Origin: an uncultured Gammaproteobacteria bacterium
Lineage (GTDB): Bacteria; Patescibacteriota; Microgenomatia; UBA8517
Direction: 5' to 3'
NCBI GenBank assembly: GCA_964568925.1
Contig: CAZMSJ010000003.1
Coordinates: 7,452-71,451 of the forward strand
Length of the DNA: 64,000 nucleotides
Part shown: positions 1-8,229 of the stretch, in pieces
How the letters are laid out: every line of letters starts with the position of its first letter
How positions within the stretch are numbered: the first letter of the stretch is position 1
Translations under genes and position numbers: made by a program
Notes under the pieces: model-generated
The model's input: only the letters and a program-made list of their open reading frames with translations
The model's database searches: none
Told to the model about the DNA's origin: nothing

Positions 1-1
1 T

Positions 2-2113
2 GTACTGGACAAGACAACATGTCAGTACGATGCGACTACTATCGGTGCAGCAGCCCCCGGAAACCTCCCACTTATCAATACCAATTCTTGGGATATCGGA
101 GGCGGGTCTGGCGGTGGTGCATATGGCGATTCACGAATTGATATTCGCAAAGACACAAACTACGGAAGCGATCAGTATGGCTGGGATGATCCAACAAACG
201 GTTGGGTTAATGTTCCTGCTAATCTGAACGATCAAGTAAGTAGTGTTCGCGTAGATTCTGGTTATTCTCTCTGGGTTGCTAAAGACCCAAACGGGAATGG
301 AACTCGCAAATGTTTAGTGAGCAATTACCCTGATCTGTCAGGCGCTTACTACGACAATGGCGACCCAATGACGGATACGATTTCGTCTATTTGGGCATTC
401 ACCGACTCAACCTGTGGTGGAAACTATCTTGGCACACGACCAGGAGACACTGTCACTTTCTGGGAAAACGCTAACTTTGACTGGAATAACTGGGGTATAC
501 ATGATCCCTATTCTGGATCACTGATGAGTAATATGATCTCGTCAATTGGCGTTACTCCAGGGTGGTCGGCAGTCGTCTACGAAGGGCCGAATCTTACGGG
601 TGGTTTTACCTGCTTCGTTGCAAGTGATACTACTCTGACGGACAATCTTTTCAATAACGGATATCCGGTTGCTGACAACATCGAAAGTGCTGAAATCTTC
701 CACGATACCAATTGTGGTGGACGAATGCACGCACCGACAGTGACAACACTGTCCGCAGCAGTTACTAACACCAGTAATGGTGAGGTAACCATCACGTACA
801 ATATTTCAGGCGCAGCACCAGGGTACAGCATTCACACTGAATTTGGCGACAATACAAACTTTGATCTCCAAGGGCCAGCTGTTAACACGACTGCAACGCA
901 TAACTATTATCCATATGGCTCCTACGAGATTGCAGTTTCAGTGAAAGGCACAGATGGCATTCCATATGCATATCTAATACCAATTACCGTCTCAGCACCG
1001 GCAACAGTACCTGTCTATTCTCTAACAATTGATAGTGCTAATACTGCAAGTGGTCTGGTCAACTTTACACTTGATTGGAGCAATGCACTTGGTGATTGGC
1101 ATCATATTGATTTTGGTGATGGTCAGAGCTTTGATGTGAATGGGGCGAGTGGACATCAGTCTGCAAGTCACGTTTATAATCCCGGACAAAATCCGTATAT
1201 GCTTTCGTTTACGGTGAAAGGACAAGACAGTCAGAATTATGTAGCAAGCCAACAGGTGAGTATGCCACTGCCAACTGTGTCACTGACAATTAATTCAGTG
1301 GATCCAGTTACAGGTTTTACCATGTTCACGGCAGCATGGACGAATGCTCCGATTGATAGTTGGCAAAGAATCACGTTCGGCCAGGAAGATTTCTATGTGG
1401 ATTACCAAGGTGCAAGTGATACCAAGGTTGATTCTCATATATATCCGCCTGGAACATACACAATGACCTTGACGGTTAATTGCCGGAATGGTCAAACGTA
1501 TACTGCAAGTCAACAAATTGTAGTTACTGGTCCAACGGCAACACCGGTGCCACCAACAGTGACACCAGCACCACCGAGTTACTCGTTAACGATTGATTCG
1601 GTTGATCAAAATAGTGGACTTACAACGTTCACTCTGGATTGGGGTAGTGCATTGGCTGATTGGCATCACATTGATTTTGGTGATGGGCAAGCATTTGATG
1701 TTAATGGTGGAAGTGGCCATCAGCAGGCAACTCACATCTATAATCCGGGAACGTACACAATGACGTTTACGGTGAAGGGGTTGGATGGACAAAACTATCC
1801 AAGTACTCAACAGATAACTGTGATTGGGCCACCAACCGCAACACCGGTTCCACAACCAACATTGTCACTGACAATTCTGTCGGTGGACAACGCAACGGGT
1901 GTCGTTTCGTTCCAAGCAGTTTGGAATAATGCCTTAAACGATTGGCAACATATGGATTTTGGCCATGACGGCGCATATGTTGACTATCAAGGGGGATCAG
2001 GAGATCACACTGATTCCAACATCATCCCTGTCGGGACATATACTTTTACCTTAACGGTGAAGGGAATGGACGGACAGAACTATACGGCGAGTCAACAGGT
2101 GACTCGAAGCTAA
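2..2113 (+). CDS. Secreted/surface repeat protein, 5'-partial. N-terminal Greek-key (beta/gamma-crystallin-like) modules are followed by five PKD-like Ig repeats.
   Basis: The frame of the 317..2113 ORF has no stop back to nt 2, so the gene is cut by the window edge. The GTG at 317 is internal. Upstream in-frame residues (..NDQVSSVRVDSGYSLWVAKDPNGNG..) form the same SS[IV]-type module as ..SNMISSIGVTPGWSAVVYEGPNLTG.. Five repeats carry the PKD signature (W..hIDFGDG....H.Y.pGtYt.t.tVkg). Confidence 0.75.
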   Translation, partial: VLDKTTCQYDATTIGAAAPGNLPLINTNSWDIGGGSGGGAYGDSRIDIRKDTNYGSDQYGWDDPTNGWVNVPANLNDQVSSVRVDSGYSLWVAKDPNGNGTRKCLVSNYPDLSGAYYDNGDPMTDTISSIWAFTDSTCGGNYLGTRPGDTVTFWENANFDWNNWGIHDPYSGSLMSNMISSIGVTPGWSAVVYEGPNLTGGFTCFVASDTTLTDNLFNNGYPVADNIESAEIFHDTNCGGRMHAPTVTTLSAAVTNTSNGEVTITYNISGAAPGYSIHTEFGDNTNFDLQGPAVNTTATHNYYPYGSYEIAVSVKGTDGIPYAYLIPITVSAPATVPVYSLTIDSANTASGLVNFTLDWSNALGDWHHIDFGDGQSFDVNGASGHQSASHVYNPGQNPYMLSFTVKGQDSQNYVASQQVSMPLPTVSLTINSVDPVTGFTMFTAAWTNAPIDSWQRITFGQEDFYVDYQGASDTKVDSHIYPPGTYTMTLTVNCRNGQTYTASQQIVVTGPTATPVPPTVTPAPPSYSLTIDSVDQNSGLTTFTLDWGSALADWHHIDFGDGQAFDVNGGSGHQQATHIYNPGTYTMTFTVKGLDGQNYPSTQQITVIGPPTATPVPQPTLSLTILSVDNATGVVSFQAVWNNALNDWQHMDFGHDGAYVDYQGGSGDHTDSNIIPVGTYTFTLTVKGMDGQNYTASQQVTRS
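731..2104 (+). repeat. In-frame tandem PKD-like coding repeats (about 82-95 aa each). One is divergent; the other four are arranged A-B-A-B.
   Basis: Units: A1 1016-1261, B1 1277-1525, A2 1580-1822, B2 1862-2104. A1/A2 share YSLTIDS..LDW..AL.DWHHIDFGDGQ.FDVNG.SGHQ. B1/B2 share SLTI.SVD..TG...F.A.W.NA...W....FG....YVDYQG. P/T-rich linkers (TATPVP) separate the units. Confidence 0.8.
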
Positions 2114-2138
2114 TCAGTGAAGAACTGATTTAACTAAG

Positions 2139-2165
2139 CCGGACTCGAAAGGGTCCGGTTTTTCT
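2139..2165 (+). terminator. Rho-independent terminator
   Basis: CCGGACTC-GAAA-GGGTCCGG hairpin (2139-2158) followed by a T-run, 26 nt after the stop codon. Confidence 0.8.
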
Positions 2166-2279
2166 TATGTCAAATGGTGACCTATTAAACCATATTCGTA
2201 CCTGGTGGCATGATATCAACAGCTCATATGTATTCACTCTTTTGGTATACTTGTCTTTCTTTATATCTAAAAAGGGAGG

Positions 2280-2702
2280 GTGTTCTTGAAAACAGAGACA
2301 ACATATGTGATGACAAATACCAGGCAGGTATTTGAAATAAAAATAAATCCCAAGAAGGCACAAATTCAAAAAAAGTGCCTTTACTCGAAAATGATGGCAG
2401 TTGTACCACCATTACTCGGGAGACTGGTACCAGACAAAGAAATTGAGAGTGCACTCATAACTCTCTTAGTTGTGTACTTTGAAGCATATAGAGGAAGTAG
2501 GGACAACGCGCTCTATATCTTGTACTTGATTGGAAGTATTCAAATGGCAATTGCACCACCACAAGGCACAGCCACAGTACGAATGAGTGAAGCACTTGCT
2601 CACAAATTTGCAGAACTCTGGAAAACACCAGATTCTCTAGAGAAGGCTAGAAATGTTCAGGCATTGGCACGAGAAAATATCGATTTTCATCTCCCAGACT
2701 AG
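2280..2702 (+). CDS. Hypothetical protein, start uncertain
   Basis: ORF preceded by AAGGGAGGG (2271-2280). Possible starts are GTG 2280, TTG 2286 or ATG 2391. No recognisable motif. Confidence 0.3.
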   Translation: MFLKTETTYVMTNTRQVFEIKINPKKAQIQKKCLYSKMMAVVPPLLGRLVPDKEIESALITLLVVYFEAYRGSRDNALYILYLIGSIQMAIAPPQGTATVRMSEALAHKFAELWKTPDSLEKARNVQALARENIDFHLPD

Positions 2703-2748
2703 GGTATTGGCAAGAGGAAACTCTTGCCACATCTTCTTTTCCACTTGA

Positions 2749-3564
2749 ATGAAGTTTCACCTCCGTCTAGGATTAAGACAGATGATTCTGTTATTTCTTC
2801 AAACACTACTGGTTCTTCTTGGTGTAATTTTTGTATACACCCTTATCTTTTTTGCACTCTCACTCATGTTTGGAAAAACACATATAGCTGATGTGGCTTG
2901 GGGACTAGGGTTTATCGTTGTCACCGTAACGACACTTTTGCTTCATAGGCAAGGTGCGCCAGGACAACTCCTTGTTTCACTCCTTGTCTTCCTGTGGGGT
3001 GCACGACTTACTGTGTATATTTATCTTCGGAATAAAGGAAAATCTGAAGATTTTCGCTATGCAAAGTGGAAAGAGGAATGGGGACAATCCTGGAAACTTC
3101 AAAGTTATCTTCGTGTATTTCTTTTGCAAGGATTATTAATGATCTTAGTAGCTCTTCCTGTGATTGGAGTAAACACATTTGGAGTTGGCCCAATACCAGA
3201 ACTTGTTCGTGTTGGTGTCTTAGTTTGGCTTGTTGGCTTTTTCTTTGAAGTAATTGGAGACTGGCAATTGATGGACTTTAAAAATGATCCAAAAAACCAT
3301 GGGAAAATACTTGATACGGGGTTGTGGAGATACACTCGTCACCCTAATTACTTTGGTGAAGCATCTATGTGGTGGGGTATCTACCTAATTGCTCTCTCAA
3401 ACTTAGGTCTGGCGTGGACATTTATTGGACCACTTTTTATTACCTTTTCACTCCTCAAAGTCTCAGGAGTGAGCTTGCTTGAGCAGAAATACAAGGGAAA
3501 CAAAGAGTACCAAGACTACCAGAGGAAAACCTCTGCTTTTATCCCCTGGTGGCCGAAAAGTTGA
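2749..3564 (+). CDS. DUF1295 / steroid 5-alpha-reductase-like (ICMT/PEMT-type) polytopic membrane protein
   Basis: Multiple TM helices and the C-terminal family motif GLWRYTRHPNYFGE...WWG. Confidence 0.75.
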   Translation: MKFHLRLGLRQMILLFLQTLLVLLGVIFVYTLIFFALSLMFGKTHIADVAWGLGFIVVTVTTLLLHRQGAPGQLLVSLLVFLWGARLTVYIYLRNKGKSEDFRYAKWKEEWGQSWKLQSYLRVFLLQGLLMILVALPVIGVNTFGVGPIPELVRVGVLVWLVGFFFEVIGDWQLMDFKNDPKNHGKILDTGLWRYTRHPNYFGEASMWWGIYLIALSNLGLAWTFIGPLFITFSLLKVSGVSLLEQKYKGNKEYQDYQRKTSAFIPWWPKS

Positions 3565-3635
3565 TTAATGGTCTCTCCTGTCTTATAATACACGAATCGG
3601 TAACAAGTAAGTAATTTTATGTTTGGAAATTGATC

Positions 3636-3842
3636 ATGTTTTTTCAACGTAGTAATCTAAATAGTTTGTTCGCATCAATGCGCAAAGTCGGAGAACGAGA
3701 CCGCGCAATCGAAATGGGGACAATCGAGGAATACATTCAAAAGTATGGACTGAACGACGCAGAGGCAAACCTGCTTCGTAGTCAGCAAAAACAAAGCAAG
3801 CAGAAGAAAGCACCCCAAATCGATTGGGACAATGTGAAGTAA
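3636..3842 (+). CDS. Small hypothetical protein
   Basis: ORF with ATG at 3636 (the track starts at TTG 3630). A terminator hairpin follows directly. No motif recognised. Confidence 0.35.
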   Translation: MFFQRSNLNSLFASMRKVGERDRAIEMGTIEEYIQKYGLNDAEANLLRSQQKQSKQKKAPQIDWDNVK

Positions 3843-3848
3843 CACCCG

Positions 3849-3878
3849 GGGGCGACACACAAGTCGCCCTCATTTTTT
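3849..3878 (+). terminator. Rho-independent terminator
   Basis: GGCGAC-ACACAA-GTCGCC hairpin (3851-3868) followed by T6 (3873-3878). Confidence 0.65.
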
Positions 3879-3884
3879 GTTGCT

Positions 3885-3992
3885 AAAGGAAACCCCGTAC
3901 GTAAGTACGGGGATGAATTTTGCCTTCCCTTCACGTTGCGAAGCTTCGTGATTCCCAAGGAAACCACGGACGTAAGTCCGTGGAGGTTCCTT
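3885..3992 (+). repeat. Two related GTAA-tetraloop hairpins sharing the 5' flank AAGGAAACC, in an intergenic region
   Basis: Hairpin A is CCCCGTAC-GTAA-GTACGGGG (3893-3912). Hairpin B is CCACGGAC-GTAA-GTCCGTGG (3964-3983), extended by the outer pairing AAGGAA(3957-3962)/TTCCTT(3987-3992). The palindrome CGAAGCTTCG (3939-3948) lies between them. Confidence 0.6.
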
Positions 3993-4095
3993 TTGTCTTA
4001 AACAAAAACTCCCTTTGCTATTCAGAGGCTATGCTCCTATAATACAATACTGTTCAGTTTGAACATTTACATATAAAAACAAAAGGAGATCCTTT

Positions 4096-6216
4096 GTGTT
4101 CTATCAATTGAGAAAACTCAGTCTCGTCGTCTTTGCATTTTTTGCCCTTTCAGTACCACTGGCTGGGCTCAAAGCTCAAGGCAGCCCGACTGCAACTGGT
4201 CTTGAATCAAGACTTTATGGCTACTGGTCGAGTGAAAACCCGTATGACCCGTCAACCCAAATGGCAGGAAGTGAAACCTTTGCATTTTATCCAGGAAATA
4301 TCATGTACTGGGTGAATTTTGAAAGTGCCATGATTGGCACGTACACTGCAACCGAAGACTATTTTGTCTTTACCGGAACCTTGTATGCATTTGGGGAACA
4401 AACCCCGTCTACAACAACGTTTCCGTATCGAATCACTGACCAAGGGTTAGTCATTCCGATTGAAGGCAACTCAATGCCGCTCACAAAAGTTGCGGCATAC
4501 AAAGATAATGAACCCTACGCTTGTGGCACATCGCTTCCGAGTCAAATGCATACCTCATATATCGGTCGCGTAACATACACCGATGGGACACGGACACGAC
4601 TGCGTTCAAACCCTACGGTTTCGTCAGCAATTCTTCTAGAAATGGATGAGGGGACGCAATTTGTAGTCCTTGATGGGCCAGTCTGTGCTGATGGCTACGC
4701 TTGGTGGAAGATTTGGCTGGGTTCGCTTGTCGGTTGGTCAGCAGAAAGCTTAGATCATTACTACATCGAACCATCGCTTGAAATCTACAACTATCGACCA
4801 ATAACACAAGTACCAACGGAGCAAACGATCGTCGGTCAATGGGAAGGATCCTTTGAAAGTTTGAAATTCTTGCCCGACGGAACGTTGAACTTTTGGGAAC
4901 ACAATTCAACTGATGTTAAAACAGGGACCTATCAAGTTTCTGAAAACACGATCACGATGCAAGTTCAATTTTCACCTGGGAAAAAGACAACTCTTTTCTA
5001 CCCATTTGAATTAAACGGCGATTCACTCATTTTCATTGAAGACAATATTGCACTCAATCGATCATACACACGCATTGTCACAAACACCGGTAACTGTACC
5101 TATGCAAGTAATCTAGTTGTGGGATCGAATGCAAAAGTGACATTCATCTCAGGAAACACGCCACTGCTTATGCATGCGTCACCAGACGAGGGAGCAGAAC
5201 TTGTAGGAACTCTCTATGAAGGGACTGATGTCACAATTAAAGATGGCCCCATCTGTAATCAAGGTCTGTTTTGGTGGAGAGTCTTTAATTGGATGCAAGT
5301 ACATGAAGGTTGGGTACCAGAGCGCAATGCGGCAGGGGAATTTTTAACTCGTCTGACACATAACACGTTTGATACCTCCGCTACCTTTGATCCATTGAGT
5401 CTTGTACCAGATGGCCAATGGGCGATGGAACCTAACACTATTATGCGAACCTATGCCACAGCCGACACTTCCCAATTTGTTGGGTATCTGGTTCCCGGGA
5501 CGGCATATATCATTGTCGGACGAAACGCTGAATTTGGTATGTACCAAATTCTTGTGAATGGGCAGAAAACGTGGTTCTGTGGAACGGAAGGGTATAGTCG
5601 TGCAAACGATAACCTGATTCATGTACCAGTCACTGATCAAAGTACGTATAAATGCACATGGCAAGATTTCTACTTTGATCCAGCGGAATCATTGCAATCG
5701 GTTTCGGTTTCAACGAACGCGACCTACTATGCACCTGGCCAATATCCATTTGAAATGAAAATGGCATTGAGTTTGGCATCAGCCATTAGTAAAACTGGCG
5801 ACACCATTGACGTCATTAAAAGTAAGGCGAGTTCAATCTTAAGCTTACTGACCAATGCCGGTACTGTCGTAAAGATTTTGCGCAGTGGCGGAGTCGCAGT
5901 TGTTGGAACACCAACAGAAATTGCCTGTACCGTTGCAGATTTGCAAAACCTTGGTATTCCCGTTGGTGACAAGTCAGCAAGCCTTACGGCAGAACAAACC
6001 ATGGTTTGTATTGCAATTGACTCAACCAACGTCGGAATTGAGAATGGCAATTACATGGTTGGAACAAGTTATGCAGTAACACAGCTCTTCTTAAATGATG
6101 ATGCTTTGAATGAATTTGTTAACGGAATGCCCTTAACCAGAGGCTACTGTGGCCTAATGGAAAAGTTTGCAATCTTTAAACAGTTCCAATGCTTTGAAGG
6201 ACCTGGATCTAACTAG
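4096..6216 (+). CDS. Secreted protein with three SH3b-like modules
   Basis: AAGGAG (4083-4088) lies 7 nt before GTG 4096. Signal peptide MFYQLRKLSLVVFAFFALSVPLAGLKAQG. SH3b-like segments include ..TRLRSNPTVSSAILLEMDEGTQFVVLDGPVCADGYAWWKIW.. and ..LLMHASPDEGAELVGTLYEGTDVTIKDGPICNQGLFWWRVF.. Confidence 0.7.
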   Translation: MFYQLRKLSLVVFAFFALSVPLAGLKAQGSPTATGLESRLYGYWSSENPYDPSTQMAGSETFAFYPGNIMYWVNFESAMIGTYTATEDYFVFTGTLYAFGEQTPSTTTFPYRITDQGLVIPIEGNSMPLTKVAAYKDNEPYACGTSLPSQMHTSYIGRVTYTDGTRTRLRSNPTVSSAILLEMDEGTQFVVLDGPVCADGYAWWKIWLGSLVGWSAESLDHYYIEPSLEIYNYRPITQVPTEQTIVGQWEGSFESLKFLPDGTLNFWEHNSTDVKTGTYQVSENTITMQVQFSPGKKTTLFYPFELNGDSLIFIEDNIALNRSYTRIVTNTGNCTYASNLVVGSNAKVTFISGNTPLLMHASPDEGAELVGTLYEGTDVTIKDGPICNQGLFWWRVFNWMQVHEGWVPERNAAGEFLTRLTHNTFDTSATFDPLSLVPDGQWAMEPNTIMRTYATADTSQFVGYLVPGTAYIIVGRNAEFGMYQILVNGQKTWFCGTEGYSRANDNLIHVPVTDQSTYKCTWQDFYFDPAESLQSVSVSTNATYYAPGQYPFEMKMALSLASAISKTGDTIDVIKSKASSILSLLTNAGTVVKILRSGGVAVVGTPTEIACTVADLQNLGIPVGDKSASLTAEQTMVCIAIDSTNVGIENGNYMVGTSYAVTQLFLNDDALNEFVNGMPLTRGYCGLMEKFAIFKQFQCFEGPGSN

Positions 6217-6228
6217 TGATTAGCCCTT

Positions 6229-6262
6229 ACCCCCATACGTTTTTACGTGTGGGGGTATTTTT
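6229..6262 (+). terminator. Rho-independent terminator
   Basis: 12-bp stem ACCCCCATACGT/ACGTGTGGGGGT with a TTTT loop (6229-6256), followed by ATTTTT. Confidence 0.85.
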
Positions 6263-6320
6263 GTGTTAGCAAATCTCAAGTTGGATTATAAAGAACGGTT
6301 GTGGGTATACTTAATGTAGA

Positions 6321-7337
6321 GTGAAAAATAGATCAGGATTTACGCTACCATTTATCATTTTTATTAGTATTGTGGCATTGGGTGTGTTTATGTTTTTATC
6401 TTGGCACAAGTGGCAAGCAGAACACAACATAGGTCTCGAGTCAGGTAGATTCACCTCAACTGGTACAAACCAAAACACAGAGACATCTAACAACTGGAAA
6501 ACGTATAAAAACACAAAGTACGGATACTTGTTTATGCATCCAGATTCACTTCAAATAGATGAAGGCGAAACCTATTTGAGCGTCTTTCGTGAAGGAAGTG
6601 GTGGACTCATTTTTGAAATATCTATAAAAGATAATTCAACTATTCAAGAGATATTTGAATCTGACAAAAGACAGTATCAAGGCTATTTACAGAATAATGA
6701 CCCAAAACCGATATTGCAGGATATTGTTGTAGACGGTTTAGTTTCAAAGGAAACAGTATTTGCAAACGGTGTAATGGGAACTGATATGAAACGAATCTAT
6801 ATTAACAAAGGAAAGAACATTTATGTAATTAGTTTACCTAATAATGCAGAAATGGTTGGTCAACAAATTCTTTCCACTCTTAAATTGACACTCGACACTG
6901 TATTTTTAGAAAATGGGCAGTTGAATACTAAGGCACTTGAGAAAGAAAGTAATTGGAAAACGTATGTAAATAGCAATATTGGAATACAATTTAAGTATCC
7001 AATTTTAAATATTAGTAACTCTGCAGGAGCATTAAAGGAACAGGAAGGTTACCCGGGAGTTTCTCTCGGTGAAGCAAGTTTCACCGTAGAAAAGATACCA
7101 AGCATGAGCGCTCAAAGCTGGTTTGAGAGCAAAGGAAAAAGTCGAGGTAATCGTGTGAGCCAATTGAACCAAACACTTGTTAATGGACAAAGAGCTTACA
7201 ACCTAATCGTTTATTCTGATCCTGGGGATGAAACGATATTTCTCATAGAAAAAGATTCAAATTTGTACTTAATTTATTCTACGTTAAACAATGAACTCTT
7301 AACAAAGATGCTCACTACTTTTGAATTTATCAAATGA
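6321..7337 (+). CDS. Membrane-anchored hypothetical protein with a pilin/PilX-like N-terminus and two NWKTY modules
   Basis: N-terminus MKNRSGFTLPFIIFISIVALGVF (a K-x-x-G-F-T-L prepilin-like motif with no Glu at +5). Two modules start ..NNWKTYKNTKYGYLFMHP.. and ..SNWKTYVNSNIGIQFKYP.. Confidence 0.6.
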   Translation: MKNRSGFTLPFIIFISIVALGVFMFLSWHKWQAEHNIGLESGRFTSTGTNQNTETSNNWKTYKNTKYGYLFMHPDSLQIDEGETYLSVFREGSGGLIFEISIKDNSTIQEIFESDKRQYQGYLQNNDPKPILQDIVVDGLVSKETVFANGVMGTDMKRIYINKGKNIYVISLPNNAEMVGQQILSTLKLTLDTVFLENGQLNTKALEKESNWKTYVNSNIGIQFKYPILNISNSAGALKEQEGYPGVSLGEASFTVEKIPSMSAQSWFESKGKSRGNRVSQLNQTLVNGQRAYNLIVYSDPGDETIFLIEKDSNLYLIYSTLNNELLTKMLTTFEFIK

Positions 7338-7984
7338 AAAACAGAAATGGATTTGCTCATATTTTTCTTCTGGTTGTGTTAGTCATTATTGCCATTCTGT
7401 TTCTTGGAAGTTACTTATTTTTAGGTACCTTAAATCCAAAAACTGCGATTGTGGAACTTAAGGCTGCGATTGTTGCCCTTACCGCAAAACCAAACGAAGA
7501 AGATTCTTTGAAGACATATGACAACTTTAAAGTAGATCCAACGGCAGACTGGAAAACATACAACGGAATGACCGGAAGAGGAACGAGCTATACATTAAAG
7601 TACCCTCAAGATTGGACTTCCGATGAGAAATTGGGGTCAGGTGAAGGAGGGTGCAAAGGTCCGTTGTTCTTAACGCCTAATAAAAACACGTTCTTAAAAG
7701 TATGTGAGGTTGATAATATTTATGGAATTTCTAAAACACAACAGACTCTTTCGTCTAGTCCAGATGTTTATTCAAATATCACTCTCATTACGTCCCAAGG
7801 ATACAATGCTATCAAGTATGAAACACACGAGCCCTCATTTAATCAATATGAATACAACTTTGAGTCTGAAACTTCAGTAAAAAATCAAGTACTCTGGTTT
7901 CGATATGTTGTTGAGCTTCCTCAAAGAAACGAGGACAAAGAACTATTAAATTTAATACTTTCTAATTTCAAATTAAACAATTGA
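7334..7984 (+). CDS. Paralog of the preceding gene (pilin/PilX-like N-terminus, one WKTY module)
   Basis: ATGA stop/start overlap with the upstream gene. N-terminus MKNRNGFAHIFLLVVLVIIAILF. Module ..ADWKTYNGMTGRGTSYTLKYP.. Confidence 0.6.
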   Translation: MKNRNGFAHIFLLVVLVIIAILFLGSYLFLGTLNPKTAIVELKAAIVALTAKPNEEDSLKTYDNFKVDPTADWKTYNGMTGRGTSYTLKYPQDWTSDEKLGSGEGGCKGPLFLTPNKNTFLKVCEVDNIYGISKTQQTLSSSPDVYSNITLITSQGYNAIKYETHEPSFNQYEYNFESETSVKNQVLWFRYVVELPQRNEDKELLNLILSNFKLNN

Positions 7985-8009
7985 TCTAAGGAACAAGTTT
8001 GTTTTTTTA

Positions 8010-8038
8010 TTGACAAAAGAGAACCTGGTTCTCATAAT
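8010..8038 (+). promoter_or_regulatory. Sigma-70-type promoter for the thrS leader
   Basis: TTGACA (8010-8015), a 17-nt spacer, then CATAAT (8033-8038). Confidence 0.7.
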
Positions 8039-8044
8039 AAGGTT

Positions 8045-8215
8045 ACTTTTACTACAGTGAGAAGGATTAACCACCCTTTGAGTAGTAACAAGTCGATATA
8101 TCTCGTACAAGATAGAAGTCTTGAAGATTCTTCAAGAGAAGCGAAGTGGAACCACGGCATTAACCGTCTTCGCAAATGCATTTATTTTTAGGTGCGTTTG
8201 TGAAGGCGGTTTTTT
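8045..8215 (+). promoter_or_regulatory. T-box riboswitch leader (Thr specifier) with a truncated Stem I
   Basis: Antiterminator: A1 GCGAAG(8141-8146)/CTTCGC(8168-8173), 7-nt bulge TGGAACC (8147-8153, the canonical UGGNACC), A2 ACGG/CCGT. The mutually exclusive terminator is an 18-bp stem, 8162-8179/8194-8211, followed by T-run 8212-8215. Stem I: TTACTAC(8049-8055)/GTAGTAA(8082-8088), a K-turn-like AGU-GA / GA, a 5-bp helix, and a 9-nt loop AUUAACCAC containing ACC followed by A. Stem III is 8119-8125/8131-8137. The element lies directly upstream of thrS. Confidence 0.75.
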
Positions 8216-8229
8216 AGTACAATACTCAT

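Noticed and set aside
731-2104. Periodic DNA repeats that might be taken for a CRISPR array or satellite
   Set aside because: The units are about 250-290 nt, in frame, divergent, and encode PKD domains. There are no short identical direct repeats with unique spacers anywhere in the window.
3885-3992. Possible tRNA or tRNA fragment in the hairpin-rich gap
   Set aside because: I found no cloverleaf, no GTTCRANNC T-loop and no acceptor-stem pairing. The region contains only two simple GTAA hairpins.
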